DNA of 64,000 nt, from assembly GCF_009914755.1 (NCBI RefSeq), contig NC_060943.1. The stretch is one strand, 5' to 3'. The notes beneath the pieces were generated by a model. That model did no database searches, was not told the origin of the DNA, and saw only the letters and a program-made list of their open reading frames with translations. This DNA comes from the human T2T-CHM13v2.0 reference genome, Homo sapiens. The position numbers and the translations under genes were made by a program. Every line of letters starts with the position of its first letter. Within the stretch, counting starts at the first letter, position 1. This document shows, piece by piece, positions 43,483-56,251 of this stretch.

Positions 43483-43662
<180 letters not shown>

Positions 43663-45611
43663 TAGCTAATTTTTTACATTTTTGGTAGAGATGGGGTTTT
43701 ACCATGTTGGCCGGGCTGGTCTGGAACTCCTGACCTCAAGTGATCCACCTGCCTCAGCCTCCCAAAGTGTTAGGATTACAGGTGTGAGCCACCATGTCCG
43801 GCCAAGAGGGTGTTCATTTCTGCTCCTTGCCAGGTATTGTGTCAGGCACTGGGGACCCAGCAGTGGCTGAGACAGACAGGGCTCTGCCTCACGGAGCCCA
43901 CATTTTCACCAGGCAAAGGATGGTCGGCCCCTAAGCTGGGAGATAAGACTTCAGCAGTTGGGTGGGGGAGCCGTGGGAGAAGCCCAGCCCACAGGGGGAC
44001 AGTGCAAATCTAGAACCAAGGCGATGGCAGGGGTGAGGCTGGCACGGTAGCTAGAGACCACGTCGTGCCAAGGGCCTTGGGGACCATGGGACTATGGGAC
44101 CTTAGGGAAGGCGTCTGGAATGCTGTAGCCAGACACTGTTGCAAGGAGGATTTTTCTGTAGACATGAGGCCTTCCTTATGAAGAAAGCAAGGGTTCTTTC
44201 ATTCCTGGGGGTGCCAGGTGCTGTGGACTGCAGCACGCGTGGTTGCTGCCGTCACAGAGCTGTCATGCAGGAGGGCAGCGCGTCCTTGGGAAGGTGGCAG
44301 GCAGGTCAGGCTAGGAGGAAAGAGGCCGGGAAGCTGAGGGCATTTCCTGCCCGAGATGCCCAATGTAGCCTACTTCTGTCCCCAGTGGCTTAAGGCAGAG
44401 TTGCCTGGTAGGTGCCCTGGTCCCACCCTGGTGAAAGGCTGAAGGTATTTAATTAGTGCCTGAGAAGCAGAGAGGAAACAGGATGTGCCAAAACACTTTG
44501 ATGGATGGTAGAGTTAACAGGCTCCTTGCCTGCAGCTGCTTCAGACAAGAGCGTCCCCAAGCCCTGGGCCTGACCTGGAATGTGGGGATGGAAGGGGAGG
44601 GGGAGGAACCAAGGCACTGGGAGGGTAAGTCTCTCTCTCCCACATAGACACACCCACTCCTTATGGGTGCCTGGGCATCTCCTGGTACCTAGAATCTGGC
44701 CTGTTTATCTCCACACCCATCCCTGGGGTCTACACTAGGCCCTGTGGGTGGCAGTTCACATCAGGGGAGTTCTGACTTTGGCTCTGAGAGGTGGTTCAGA
44801 GATGGCTGTAAGTTGAGAAGCACAGACTGCTGGGTGTGGTGGTTCACGCCTGTAATCCCAGCACTTTGGGAGGCTGAGGTGGGGGTGGATCACCTGAGGT
44901 CTGGAGTTCAAAACCAACTTGGTCAACATGGCGAAACTCCATCTCTACTAAAAATGCAAAAATTAGCCAGGTGTGGTGGCAGGTGCCTATAATCCCAGCT
45001 ACATGGGAGGCTGAGGCAGGAGAATCGCTTGAATCTGGGAGGCGAAGATTGTAGTGAGCCGAGATTAGTTCGCACCATTGCATGCCAGCCTGGGCAACAA
45101 GAGTGAAACTCCGATTCAAACAAACAAAAAAAAAAAGCTGGGCATGGTGGAGTGCCTGTAGTCCTAACTACTCAGGTGGGAGGATTGCTTGAGTCCAGGA
45201 GGTTGAAGTTGCAGTGGGCTATAATTACACCACTGCACTCCAGCCAGGGCCACAGAGTGAGACCCTGTCTCTAAAGAAAGAAAAAAAAAAACAACCTCAG
45301 GCTCCGAGGGCACCATTACTGCTCTACACTGAAGAGCTGTGCAGCTTTTCCAGACCCGAAATGTCATCCACAAAACAGAAGTGATAATGGTCCTGCCTCA
45401 CAGACTTCTTGCAGTAGTCCAGGTGTTTAGAACGGGGTGTAAAAGGCCGTGTGCCCTTGGTAGGAATCTTTGCATATGCATTTGATCATCTGCAGCCTGC
45501 CCAGCCCACTGCTTGCCCCCTCCTGGGTGTGCTGGGAAGGGGTCTTTGGCCCTCCAGGGGTTAGGTGCCCCAGCCTCCAAGGTGCCCTCACGCCTTTTCA
45601 TCCCGACTCAG

Positions 45612-45731
45612 ATGCTGACCTGACCTTTGACCAGACGGCGTGGGGGGACAGTGGTGTGTATTACTGCTCCGTGGTCTCAGCCCAGGACCTCCAGGGGAAC
45701 AATGAGGCCTACGCAGAGCTCATCGTCCTTG
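45612..45731 (+). CDS. LSR: LSR exon 3 (end of Ig domain)
   Basis: NADLTFDQTAWGDSGVYYCSVVSAQDLQGNNEAYAELIVL; 120 nt. Confidence 0.97.
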
Positions 45732-46935
45732 GTGAGTGGGCCTGGGAAGGGGGAGGCATGGCCCTTCCTTTTGTCCGCTTCTGTTCTGTCTGCCCTCCCC
45801 TGTGTCCGCCCTCTGCCCTCCAGCTTACCCTCTGGGCTCTGTCGCCTGCTCTGCTCTCCCCCAGGCTCTGCCAGTCACTTAGGCTCCCCTGTGCCCTGCA
45901 CCCCAGGCAGGGACCACTGGCCCACAGTGCCTCCAATCACCCAAGCCAAACTAAGAGAAGAGTGGAGACAATTGGAGACTCTGCCTTTTCAAAGTCTCAT
46001 TTTTAAAAAAAATCCAGACTTGGGGTCCGGGTGCGGTAGTTCATGCCTGTAATCCCAGCACTTTGGGAGGCCGAGGCGGGTGGATCACTTGAGGCCAGGA
46101 GTTCGAGACTAGCCTGGCCAACGTGGCAAAATCCCGTCTCTATAAAAAATATAAAAGCCAGGCGTGGTGGTGCACATGCCTGTAATCCCAGTTACTCAGA
46201 AGGCTGAGGCATGAGGATTGCTTGAACCTGGGAGGCAGAGGATGCAGTAAGCCAAGATCAAGCCACTGCACTCCAGCCTGGGCGACAGAGTGAGACTCTG
46301 TCCAAAAAAAAAAAAAATCCAGACGTGGTCAGAGTCCATGGGCAGTGAATGAGGACAGTTGATGGTGTGCAAAATCGACCCACCTCTTGCTACATCCCCA
46401 AGGCCTCATCTCACCCGAGTCCCTCGCCAAAGCACAGCGGTTTTGCCGTGTGCCCTGCTGGGATGGCGCTGCATGGCACACACACTGTGTAAGTTTGAGT
46501 GCAGCTGAAACGAAGCCGATTCCAGACACCCAGGGGCAGGGCGGGGTGTCCGTGTGGCTGGGAGGCCTCCTTGTGTTAGGGGGATGTTGCCATCGGCCAG
46601 GTGCCCTGCTGTAAGCCAACACATGGAGTCTTGTATGACATGTGCTCTGCATGAGTGATGCCGCTGGGCTGTACACTGCCATCTTCACATGTGTGAATGA
46701 GCACGTGACTGGGGGGTACTTGGGCTGCAAGACAGAGTTCATGTGTGGGGGATGGAACACGTGCACCAGTGACCCAGGAACCTCTGCCTGTTCTTCGGTA
46801 AAATGCACCATTTGCATCAGCAGTTCCCAAAATTAGTCTCCAGGTCTATTTACACTCTAAAACATTATCGAGGGTCTCCAAGAGCTTTTGTTTGTTTCTG
46901 TGGGTTTTATGTCTATCTGTTGCTTAACATATTAG

Positions 46936-47258
<323 letters not shown>

Positions 47259-47501
47259 TTAAAATGGGGAGATTTTTCAAGCCCAAGATACACAAGGAAG
47301 ACTGGGCAACATGGCAAGACCCTGACTCTACAAAAAATTTTAAAATTAACCAGGCATGGTGGCATGCACCTGTGAGCCCAGCTTCTTGGGAGGCTGAGGC
47401 AGGAGTATCGCTTGCACCCAGGAGGTCAAGGCTGCAGTGAGCCATGACTATGCTACTGCACTCTAGCATGAGTGACAGAGACCCTGGCTCAAGAAACACA
47501 A

Positions 47502-47523
47502 ACACACACACACACACACACAC
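47502..47523. repeat. (CA)n microsatellite at an Alu tail
   Basis: Direct reading. Confidence 0.9.
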
Positions 47524-48592
47524 GCATATAGTCCATTAGGCATCAGGGCGATGATGGCATCAGGGAGCCTGGGAAACTCTACTGGACATTCATGGGAGAA
47601 CAAGTGAAAAAGGCAAATAACATCTTAGTGTTATTCTAAAATTTCTTCTTTTGGCCTTGTGGACAGGACCACGCTTTGAGAGCTGTGACTGACATGCCTC
47701 TGTCCTGTTGCGAGGGCCTATAGTGCCAAGTGCATGAGCTCTGGGGAGGGCTTCGTGGGTGCAGAGCTGGGCCTGTGGAGGCCCCTCAGACACAACACTG
47801 GTGGGGCTCAGAGCTCCAGGGGCACTCGAGGGAAGACAAGAACCGGCTCTGAGATGCGTGAATGTGACAGTGCATGAGTAGAGATGGAGACCTTGTGGGT
47901 CCCAGAACCAGGACTGCATATGACTTTCATATGTGGGTATTTTTGCCTTCATGGGTCCCTTCCTGTTTTAAAAAAAATGTGTGATTATGTTGTCACAAAG
48001 AGTTTATTCCTGTATATTGTGTTAATTTGTGTTCAGATTTGTAAAGTAAAATTAAACCATTTCAGCCAGGTGTGGTGACACATGCCTGTAGCCCTAGCTA
48101 CTTACCCCAGAGGCTGAGGTGGGAGGATCGCCTGAGCCCACGAGGTTGAAGCTGCAGTGAGCCATGATCACACCCCTGCACTCCAGACTGGGCGACAGAG
48201 CTGAGATCCTATTTCGTGGGCCCTAGGTCCCTGTGCCTGCTGGAACAGGACATCCCTATCACCGTGGTTGGAGCCCTTTGGGGTGCTAAGACCTATGAAT
48301 GAGGGAAACTTAGGGTGCCCAAGCTGAGGTAGAGCCCTCAGAACCCCCTGGGATTTGTATTGGAGCCCTCGTGGCATAACACAGGTGGATTATGCAATGG
48401 GAGTTTCTTACCTATAAGCACCCACATGTGGGCGGGTGGAGGGTAGGAGCCATGCGCTAGGGCTTCAGCCCCCAGCCCCTTCCCGCTTCAGGGCACACCT
48501 TGCACTTGGCCAGCCTGGAGCTGGGCTTTCGGGGGTGGCACAGCCTGGGCTGGCTCTGGCCAGCATAATCTGTTTCTCTTTTGTCCCTCCAG

Positions 48593-48649
48593 GGAGGACC
48601 TCAGGGGTGGCTGAGCTCTTACCTGGTTTTCAGGCGGGGCCCATAGAAG
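48593..48649 (+). CDS. LSR: LSR exon 4 (57-nt cassette exon)
   Basis: GRTSGVAELLPGFQAGPIE; symmetric phase 1-1. Confidence 0.92.
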
Positions 48650-49213
48650 GTACGGGGGGTGGATCCTGAGTTGGGCTTCTCGGGAGCTCCCATACATCAC
48701 CTACTGCTTCTGACTCTAGTTAGTATCCCCTTCCCCACTAAACCCTGCTCACTGTGGACCCCTCACTAACCTGGCCTGACTGTGGCTCTGAGGCATCTAG
48801 TGGTCTGGCGCTGGGCCTAGGCTAGGCTGGGCTGAGGAGAGCCTGGGGTGCAGGCCAGGGCTCTGTGACTGGCACCTGCGGTGCTCTTGAGGGTGTGGCG
48901 TCTGGGCAGCTGGCTCTCTCTTTGGTCTGGGGGCTGCAGTCTGTCTCCCTCTGTGCAGGCTGCCTCGTTTTCTGCCTTGTGTTTTTTGCACCTGGGGGAG
49001 GGCCGTAACTGGGGAATGGCCGGGATGGTAGAATGGGGAGTGTGCTGTGCCCAGCCTCTGGCACAAAAAATCCAGCCAGGGCTGCAGGTTCCTTGGTGAG
49101 CTTTGCAAATCGTCCCCGACCTCAGTGCTGGCTCCGCACCATGTACCCCTGCTGTGCCGTTAGCCCTGTTCCCTCCCAGGCCTCCGGGCTCAGGGCCTGT
49201 TGTCTTTCTGCAG

Positions 49214-49360
49214 ACTGGCTCTTCGTGGTTGTGGTATGCCTGGCTGCCTTCCTCATCTTCCTCCTCCTGGGCATCTGCTGGTGCCAGTGCTGCCCGCACA
49301 CTTGCTGCTGCTACGTCAGGTGCCCCTGCTGCCCAGACAAGTGCTGCTGCCCCGAGGCCC
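49214..49360 (+). CDS. LSR: LSR exon 5 (TM helix and Cys-rich juxtamembrane region)
   Basis: [49 protein letters not shown]; 147 nt. Confidence 0.97.
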
Positions 49361-49738
49361 GTAAGTGTCCCGCTCATGGCCACCCTGGTTTGGGCAACAT
49401 CCTGCATCCAAGGGAAGGAGGTGGCCATCCACCTGCCCCCAGGACAGTGGCGTTGGTCTGGAGGGTGTGAATTTAGCCAGTGGGGAGAAAGTAGGCTGAG
49501 GAGGGTCTGCTGTTTAGATTGTCGTTTACTTCCTCCAACTTTTAGTTTATTTTTATTTATGTTGTTCTTTTCTTTTGTAAGTATAATCCATACACATGGT
49601 AAAAATGTCCAACAGTACAAGATACTAGTCACATGGAAGTAAAGCCCTCTAAAAAAACCAAATCTTGGCTAGGCGCAGTGATTACGCCTGTAATCCCAGC
49701 ACTTTGGGAGGCCAAGACGAGTGGATCACTTGAGGTCA

Positions 49739-50002
<264 letters not shown>

Positions 50003-50023
50003 TTACAACACTACATGATTTAA

Positions 50024-50242
<219 letters not shown>

Positions 50243-50447
50243 TGATCTCAAACTCCTGGCCTCAGGTGATCCTCCGAAGTCAGCCTCCCCAAAGTGCTGG
50301 GATTACAGGCATGTGCCACCATGCTGGCCAATTTTTAAAAATTTTCTGTAGAGACAGGGTCTTGCTATGTTGCCCAGGCTGGTCTTGAACTCTTGACCTC
50401 AAGTGATCCTGCCTCAGGCTCCCAAAGTGATGGGATTACAGGCATGA

Positions 50448-50633
<186 letters not shown>

Positions 50634-53027
50634 TGACTAATTTTTGTATTTTTAGTAGAGACGGGGTTTTGCCATGTTGGCCAGGCTGGTCTCGAACTCC
50701 TGACCTCAGGCAATCCGCTCCCCCGCACCCCTACCTTGGCCTCCCAAAGTGTTAGGACTACAGGTGTGAGCCACCATGCCTGGCCAAATTTAAGCAAATG
50801 TTTGAAAACACATACCCACAGGAATGCTGCACATTTTACCCAGCTACTATGTCTAGGGTCGTATCTAGCACACCAGCATGGCTACTGTGGAGAGCTGGGA
50901 CTGGATGTGAGATGAGAGCTAAAGGGGAAGTAAGCAAACCAAGCAGGGGAAGGTAAGAGAAGACAGAAGACAGAGAGAGAGGGACCTAACTCTATGAGAG
51001 GAGTCAGACATGTGCAATTGAAAAAGACTTGCTCCTGTCTCTCTTCTGTGAATGTTTGTGAATATCCCAACGGGACACTTTCACAGAGGAGCTGATTGAC
51101 GTGGTCACAGCCATCAGCCTTGGGACACCAGACCACAGTGTGTACACTAAGTGGCACTGATGGACACTTCAGCATCCCTCTAGCTGCTGTCCCGTTTCCC
51201 CTCCTCGGGGACCACAGCTGTTGCCAGTCCTTGGTTTCCTTCAGGAGGGTGTCTGGGTAGACCAGCCTGTGTGCACACAGTCCAAGATACATGAACAGTG
51301 AAGTGCCAGGCAATCCTTGCAAGCATGGGCAGGTGGAGAGCTGAGGCCTGCTTGACACCTTCCTGCTCAGAAGCCCAGTGAGCAGTTTCCCTCCCTAGGG
51401 CTCAGTGTCATCCCCTATAAAATGGGGCTTATGGCAGAGCTCACCACACTGGGTGCATCTGGGGATTTGGCGAGCTCATGTGCACACCATTGAGCATGGG
51501 GCCCAACCTATATAAAATATTCTACGTCTGTCAGCTGCTGGGCACTGCCACTATCAGCCTCAGTAGTGACTGAGGGACAGGGCACCAGTCAGAGCCCTGG
51601 TGCACACAGAGTGACCCCAGAGAAGCAGCCTTCCCTCTCTGAGTCCTGTTTCCTTCTGTTAGGTCCTGACTTCATGGGTTGTTGTTAGCATTAAGGAAGT
51701 CGCTGGCTAATTTTATAGTCATTGAAGTCAGTGGTGTGCAACCTGGTTCCTCAAAGGATCACTTCCCTGAAAAAATTCCACTGCTCCCTGGAGGCTTATG
51801 CAGGCCATCCCATCCCCTCCCTCTTGTTGTGTTCAGCTGACAGCTTTTTGCTCAGTGAGTAAGTGTTAGGTCCATTTCACAGATGGGCTGCAACCAAGTT
51901 TGCAGTGAACCCACTAAGACCAGAGCTAGGGCCAGGACTAAATGCTGGTCCCAATGCCACATTCCCCTGTCCCCACACCACATTTCCTCCATCCGGAGAC
52001 CCTGTTACCCCAACCCAGGGCCCCATTAACTCCCTGGCAGAGGCCCTGTTACATCTGCTGCTGCCACAGCCTCCGCCCACCCTTCAGGAGGCAGCAGGTC
52101 CCACTGCTGATGATAAAGTTGCAGGCTGCCTGAGCTAATGAAGGGGCTTCCTCTAGGCTGTGCACTTAGTCTTCTGCTTCCAAACCAAATCAGAGGTGAG
52201 GCACCCTCTCTGGGCCCATCTCTCTCCTCCATTTTCCTGTTGGGGTCCCAGGGAGGAAGCCACTTGCCTAGGGCCCAGGAATTTTGCAAGCCTCTTGCCC
52301 TAGGGAGGAAGGAAGGGAGGAGGATCTTACCTTGAACTGTCAAGCCTAGAGCCTGGTGGGGCAGGCAGAAATGGGTGCAGTCCATGAGTTAGAAACACTA
52401 GAGGAGACACTTTGCTGCTTGGCCGGGGCAGGCAAGTTAATTCCCGAGGCTCCTGCCACTGCATCTCAATCTGGAAGGTGACCAGGTGGGGCAGGACCCA
52501 CGTCTCCCAGATGACTCATTTTTTCTAGAACAGGGGCTTGGCTGCCAAAGAGGATACTTGATTTCGGCTTGTGGGGACAGTGGTGGACCCAGCATCTGGG
52601 CTTTATATAAAGGGCAGCTTTGTTGCCCTGTAAACACACAGACCATGGGTGGCCACTTCTTCCAGTAAGTTAGCTGGGGAGTTGGAAGTTTAGGTAAAAC
52701 CTTTTGATTGACAAATGTTGGCGAATTACCATGCTGTTAAATGAAACATTGTTCTGCCACCCTGGGGCTGTGGGTGCCTGCGTGCACCCTCTGAAAAATC
52801 ACACAGGAAGTGGGGTGGGGTCTCTGTGAAGCTGGTGTCCCCCAGCCTCAGGGATGCTGCAGAAATGGAATGAGGACCAACAGGGACTCAGATGTCCAAG
52901 GAAGCTCTACAGCGGAGAGGACGGCTTGGGAAGGAGGTCCAGGCCCAGGTCCCTCCGGAACCCAATGGGTATGGGGCAGCCTGGCTCCTGCCTCATCCCC
53001 CTTCTCCTGTTGATTATGTCCTCACAG

Positions 53028-53201
53028 TGTATGCCGCCGGCAAAGCAGCCACCTCAGGTGTTCCCAGCATTTATGCCCCCAGCACCTATGCCCACCTGTC
53101 TCCCGCCAAGACCCCACCCCCACCAGCTATGATTCCCATGGGCCCTGCCTACAACGGGTACCCTGGAGGATACCCTGGAGACGTTGACAGGAGTAGCTCA
53201 G
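53028..53201 (+). CDS. LSR: LSR exon 6
   Basis: LYAAGKAATSGVPSIYAPS...DVDRSSS; 174 nt. Confidence 0.96.
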
Positions 53202-53347
53202 GTGAGGCCGGGGGAAGCAGGAACAGCTGGTGGGAGTGTGCTGGGCATCTGGACACTGAGGGGCAGGGGCTGGAAGGAAGAGTGTCTTGGGAGCCGAGGA
53301 GGGGCTCTGCTCCTGGTGCGCGGCCACTGACAGCCACTCTCCCCCAG

Positions 53348-53407
53348 CTGGTGGCCAAGGCTCCTATGTACCCCTGCTTCGGGACACGGACAGCAGTGTG
53401 GCCTCTG
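53348..53407 (+). CDS. LSR: LSR exon 7
   Basis: AGGQGSYVPLLRDTDSSVAS; 60 nt; AG/GT. Confidence 0.94.
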
Positions 53408-53504
53408 GTGAGAATCCATCGTCCCGAAGTTGGATGTGCCTGTAAGGGAGAGGGGTGGGCCAGGATCCATCCTCCCAAACCGACCACCACCCCCCTGTCC
53501 CTAG

Positions 53505-53636
53505 AAGTCCGCAGTGGCTACAGGATTCAGGCCAGCCAGCAGGACGACTCCATGCGGGTCCTGTACTACATGGAGAAGGAGCTGGCCAACTTCGACCCTT
53601 CTCGACCTGGCCCCCCCAGTGGCCGTGTGGAGCGGG
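53505..53636 (+). CDS. LSR: LSR exon 8 (NAGNAG acceptor)
   Basis: EVRSGYRIQASQQDDSMRVLYYMEKELANFDPSRPGPPSGRVER; 132 nt. Confidence 0.96.
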
Positions 53637-53777
53637 GTAAGCAGGAGCCTTGGGGTCTGAGGGCTTTTAAGGTGGGGGGGTGAAACATGTCTCCCTGATA
53701 CCTGCCGCAGGGACTCTTGGTGCAAACCCTGGACCCCGGGCTCCTCCAGCAGTCAGTGACACCCCCCTTCCCTGCAG

Positions 53778-54406
53778 CCATGAGTGAAGTCACCTCCCTC
53801 CACGAGGACGACTGGCGATCTCGGCCTTCCCGGGGCCCTGCCCTCACCCCGATCCGGGATGAGGAGTGGGGTGGCCACTCCCCCCGGAGTCCCAGGGGAT
53901 GGGACCAGGAGCCCGCCAGGGAGCAGGCAGGCGGGGGCTGGCGGGCCAGGCGGCCCCGGGCCCGCTCCGTGGACGCCCTGGACGACCTCACCCCGCCGAG
54001 CACCGCCGAGTCAGGGAGCAGGTCTCCCACGAGTAATGGTGGGAGGAGAAGCCGGGCCTACATGCCCCCGCGGAGCCGCAGCCGGGACGACCTCTATGAC
54101 CAAGACGACTCGAGGGACTTCCCACGCTCCCGGGACCCCCACTACGACGACTTCAGGTCTCGGGAGCGCCCTCCTGCCGACCCCAGGTCCCACCACCACC
54201 GTACCCGGGACCCTCGGGACAACGGCTCCAGGTCCGGGGACCTCCCCTATGATGGGCGGCTACTGGAGGAGGCTGTGAGGAAGAAGGGGTCGGAGGAGAG
54301 GAGGAGACCCCACAAGGAGGAGGAGGAAGAGGCCTACTACCCGCCCGCGCCGCCCCCGTACTCGGAGACCGACTCGCAGGCGTCCCGAGAGCGCAGGCTC
54401 AAGAAG
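53778..54406 (+). CDS. LSR: LSR exon 9 (Arg/Ser-rich tail, PPxY motif)
   Basis: AMSEVTSLHEDDW...RARSVDAL...PPAPPPYSETDSQASRERRLKK; donor AAG|GTGAGG; 629 nt. Confidence 0.96.
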
Positions 54407-54495
54407 GTGAGGGCCGCCCTCCCTGGCGTCCAGACCGTCCCTGGGCCCCCAGCCGGTCCCCGCGGCTCATACCCTTCTTTCTTTCTCCCTTGCAG

Positions 54496-54531
54496 AACTT
54501 GGCCCTGAGTCGGGAAAGTTTAGTCGTCTGA
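54496..54531 (+). CDS. LSR: LSR exon 10 coding (C-terminal PDZ-binding motif)
   Basis: NLALSRESLVV-TGA after pyrimidine tract and CAG. Confidence 0.95.
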   Translation, partial: NLALSRESLVV

Positions 54532-54616
54532 TCTGACGTTTTCTACGTAGCTTTTGTATTTTTTTTTTTAATTTGAAGGAACACTGATGAAGCCCTGCCA
54601 TACCCCTCCCGAGTCT

Positions 54617-54622
54617 AATAAA
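54617..54622 (+). terminator. LSR polyadenylation signal
   Basis: AATAAA 85 nt after the stop, preceded by a U-rich TGTA element. Confidence 0.85.
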
Positions 54623-55185
54623 ACGTATAATCACAAGCTCTGGAGAGAACCATTTGTTCGGCCGCGCGGGGCGGGGGACCGGGGCTGCTCCCGTATGCGT
54701 CTGTAAAGCGCCGCGTCCCGGGGGCACCGGAGTCCGGGGCCGGGAGGAAGAGACCCAGCCTGGCCCGGCCCGCGCCCGCGCCGCCGGCCGGAGAACGTGC
54801 CCCGCGCAGCCACCGCCCGCCTGCGTGCGCGCCCCGGCCCCGCCCAGGCGTGCGCATGCGCCCCGGCCCTCCGCCTTCGCGCACCGCAGGCTGGCCGCCG
54901 GGAGCGCGCGCGCGCTCCTCTCCCCTTCCAGCCCATCCCCCCCAGCCCCCCACCGACCTACTTTACTGTCTCCAAACTCGGGCAGCCCACCTGGCCCCCG
55001 ACGACCCCAGCCCCTGCTCCGGGTACCCCGACGTTCCATCCAGACCCGCGTTTCACCAGGGCGGCGCGCGGCGACCTCGCGCCCCGCGGAGCCCCGGGCT
55101 CGCGCGCGCCCGCCCGCCCCCGGAGACAGACAGCGCGCGCGCTCCCGGGCCGCCTCCCCCCAGCGCGCGTCCGCCCCGGGCTCGC

Positions 55186-55206
55186 GCCGCCGCCGCCGCC
55201 GCCGCC
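55186..55206. repeat. (GCC)7 in the USF2 promoter; further imperfect GGC tracts at about 55500-55576
   Basis: Direct reading. Confidence 0.88.
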
Positions 55207-55772
55207 GCGCGCGCGCAGCTCAAGTAAAGGAGGAAAAAAAAAAGGGGGAAAAATAGAAAGCGGCGGCGGCTGCAGCAGCGATCCGCCGCCGGACTGGGCC
55301 AAGCCGGGCGGCGGCCGCGCGAGCCGGCGATCCAGGGCACTGGCGGCGGCCAGCCAGGGCGGGCCGTGTTCAAAAAAAAAAGTCGCGGCGGCGGCGGCTG
55401 CTCAGGGAAGGAGGCCTGAGGGCCGCGTGCAGCGGGCGGGCAGCTGGGTGGGCTGGGGGCGGCCGCGCGGCGTCCCGGAGCCTCGGGCCGCCCGGAGCCG
55501 GCGGGCGGGCGGAGGCGGAGGCGGCGGCGGCTGCAGCGGCTGCAGGAGCGGCGGCGGCTGCGGCGGCGGCGGCGGCATCTCCTCCTCACATGACCCCACT
55601 GTTTGTCCCCGTGATCAGCGCGAGCGGCTCCCGTATCTCCTCCGTCCCCTCCTGCCGCGCGGCGTGAGCGCCGGGCTCGGGGCCCCCCCGGCCGCCCGCC
55701 CCCTCCCCTCCCTCCCTCCCCTCCCCTCCCCTCCCCCCCGGGCCCCGCGCCCCCCCCGCCCCCGCCCCCCCC

Positions 55773-55834
55773 ATGGACATGCTGGACCCGGGTCTGGATC
55801 CCGCTGCCTCGGCCACCGCTGCTGCCGCCGCCAG
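55773..55834 (+). CDS. USF2: USF2 exon 1 coding
   Basis: MDMLDPGLDPAASATAAAAA; donor AG|GTAAGA. Confidence 0.96.
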
Positions 55835-56116
55835 GTAAGATCCCCGGCCCGGCCGTGCCCCCGCGCCCCGGCCCCGGCCCCGGCCCCGCGGCCTGCAGGC
55901 CGGGGCCGCCATGATCCCGAGCGGCCGCGGGCCCCGCTCAAAATGGAGGCCGCCGGCGCGGGGGGGACCTGGCGCCTCCCGCCCCCGGCCCCCGGCCTCG
56001 GCGGCGCCCCCGGCCTCAGGCGCGGCCGGGTGGGACTGGGGCCCTGCAGCTGGGCGCGGGGGCGGGGGCGCGGGCGCGGGCCGCGCTGACCCTGCTCCCT
56101 CCTGTGCCCCTGGCAG

Positions 56117-56163
56117 CCACGACAAGGGACCCGAGGCGGAGGAGGGCGTCGAGCTGCAGGAAG
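56117..56163 (+). CDS. USF2: USF2 exon 2
   Basis: SHDKGPEAEEGVELQE; 47 nt; phase consistent. Confidence 0.95.
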
Positions 56164-56251
56164 GTGAGTGCTTGCCGGGCCGGCCGCGCCCGGGGAGGGC
56201 TGGGGGCGCTCGGCGCGGCCCTGACCGTGCCCCGACCCTCCTCGGCCCCAG

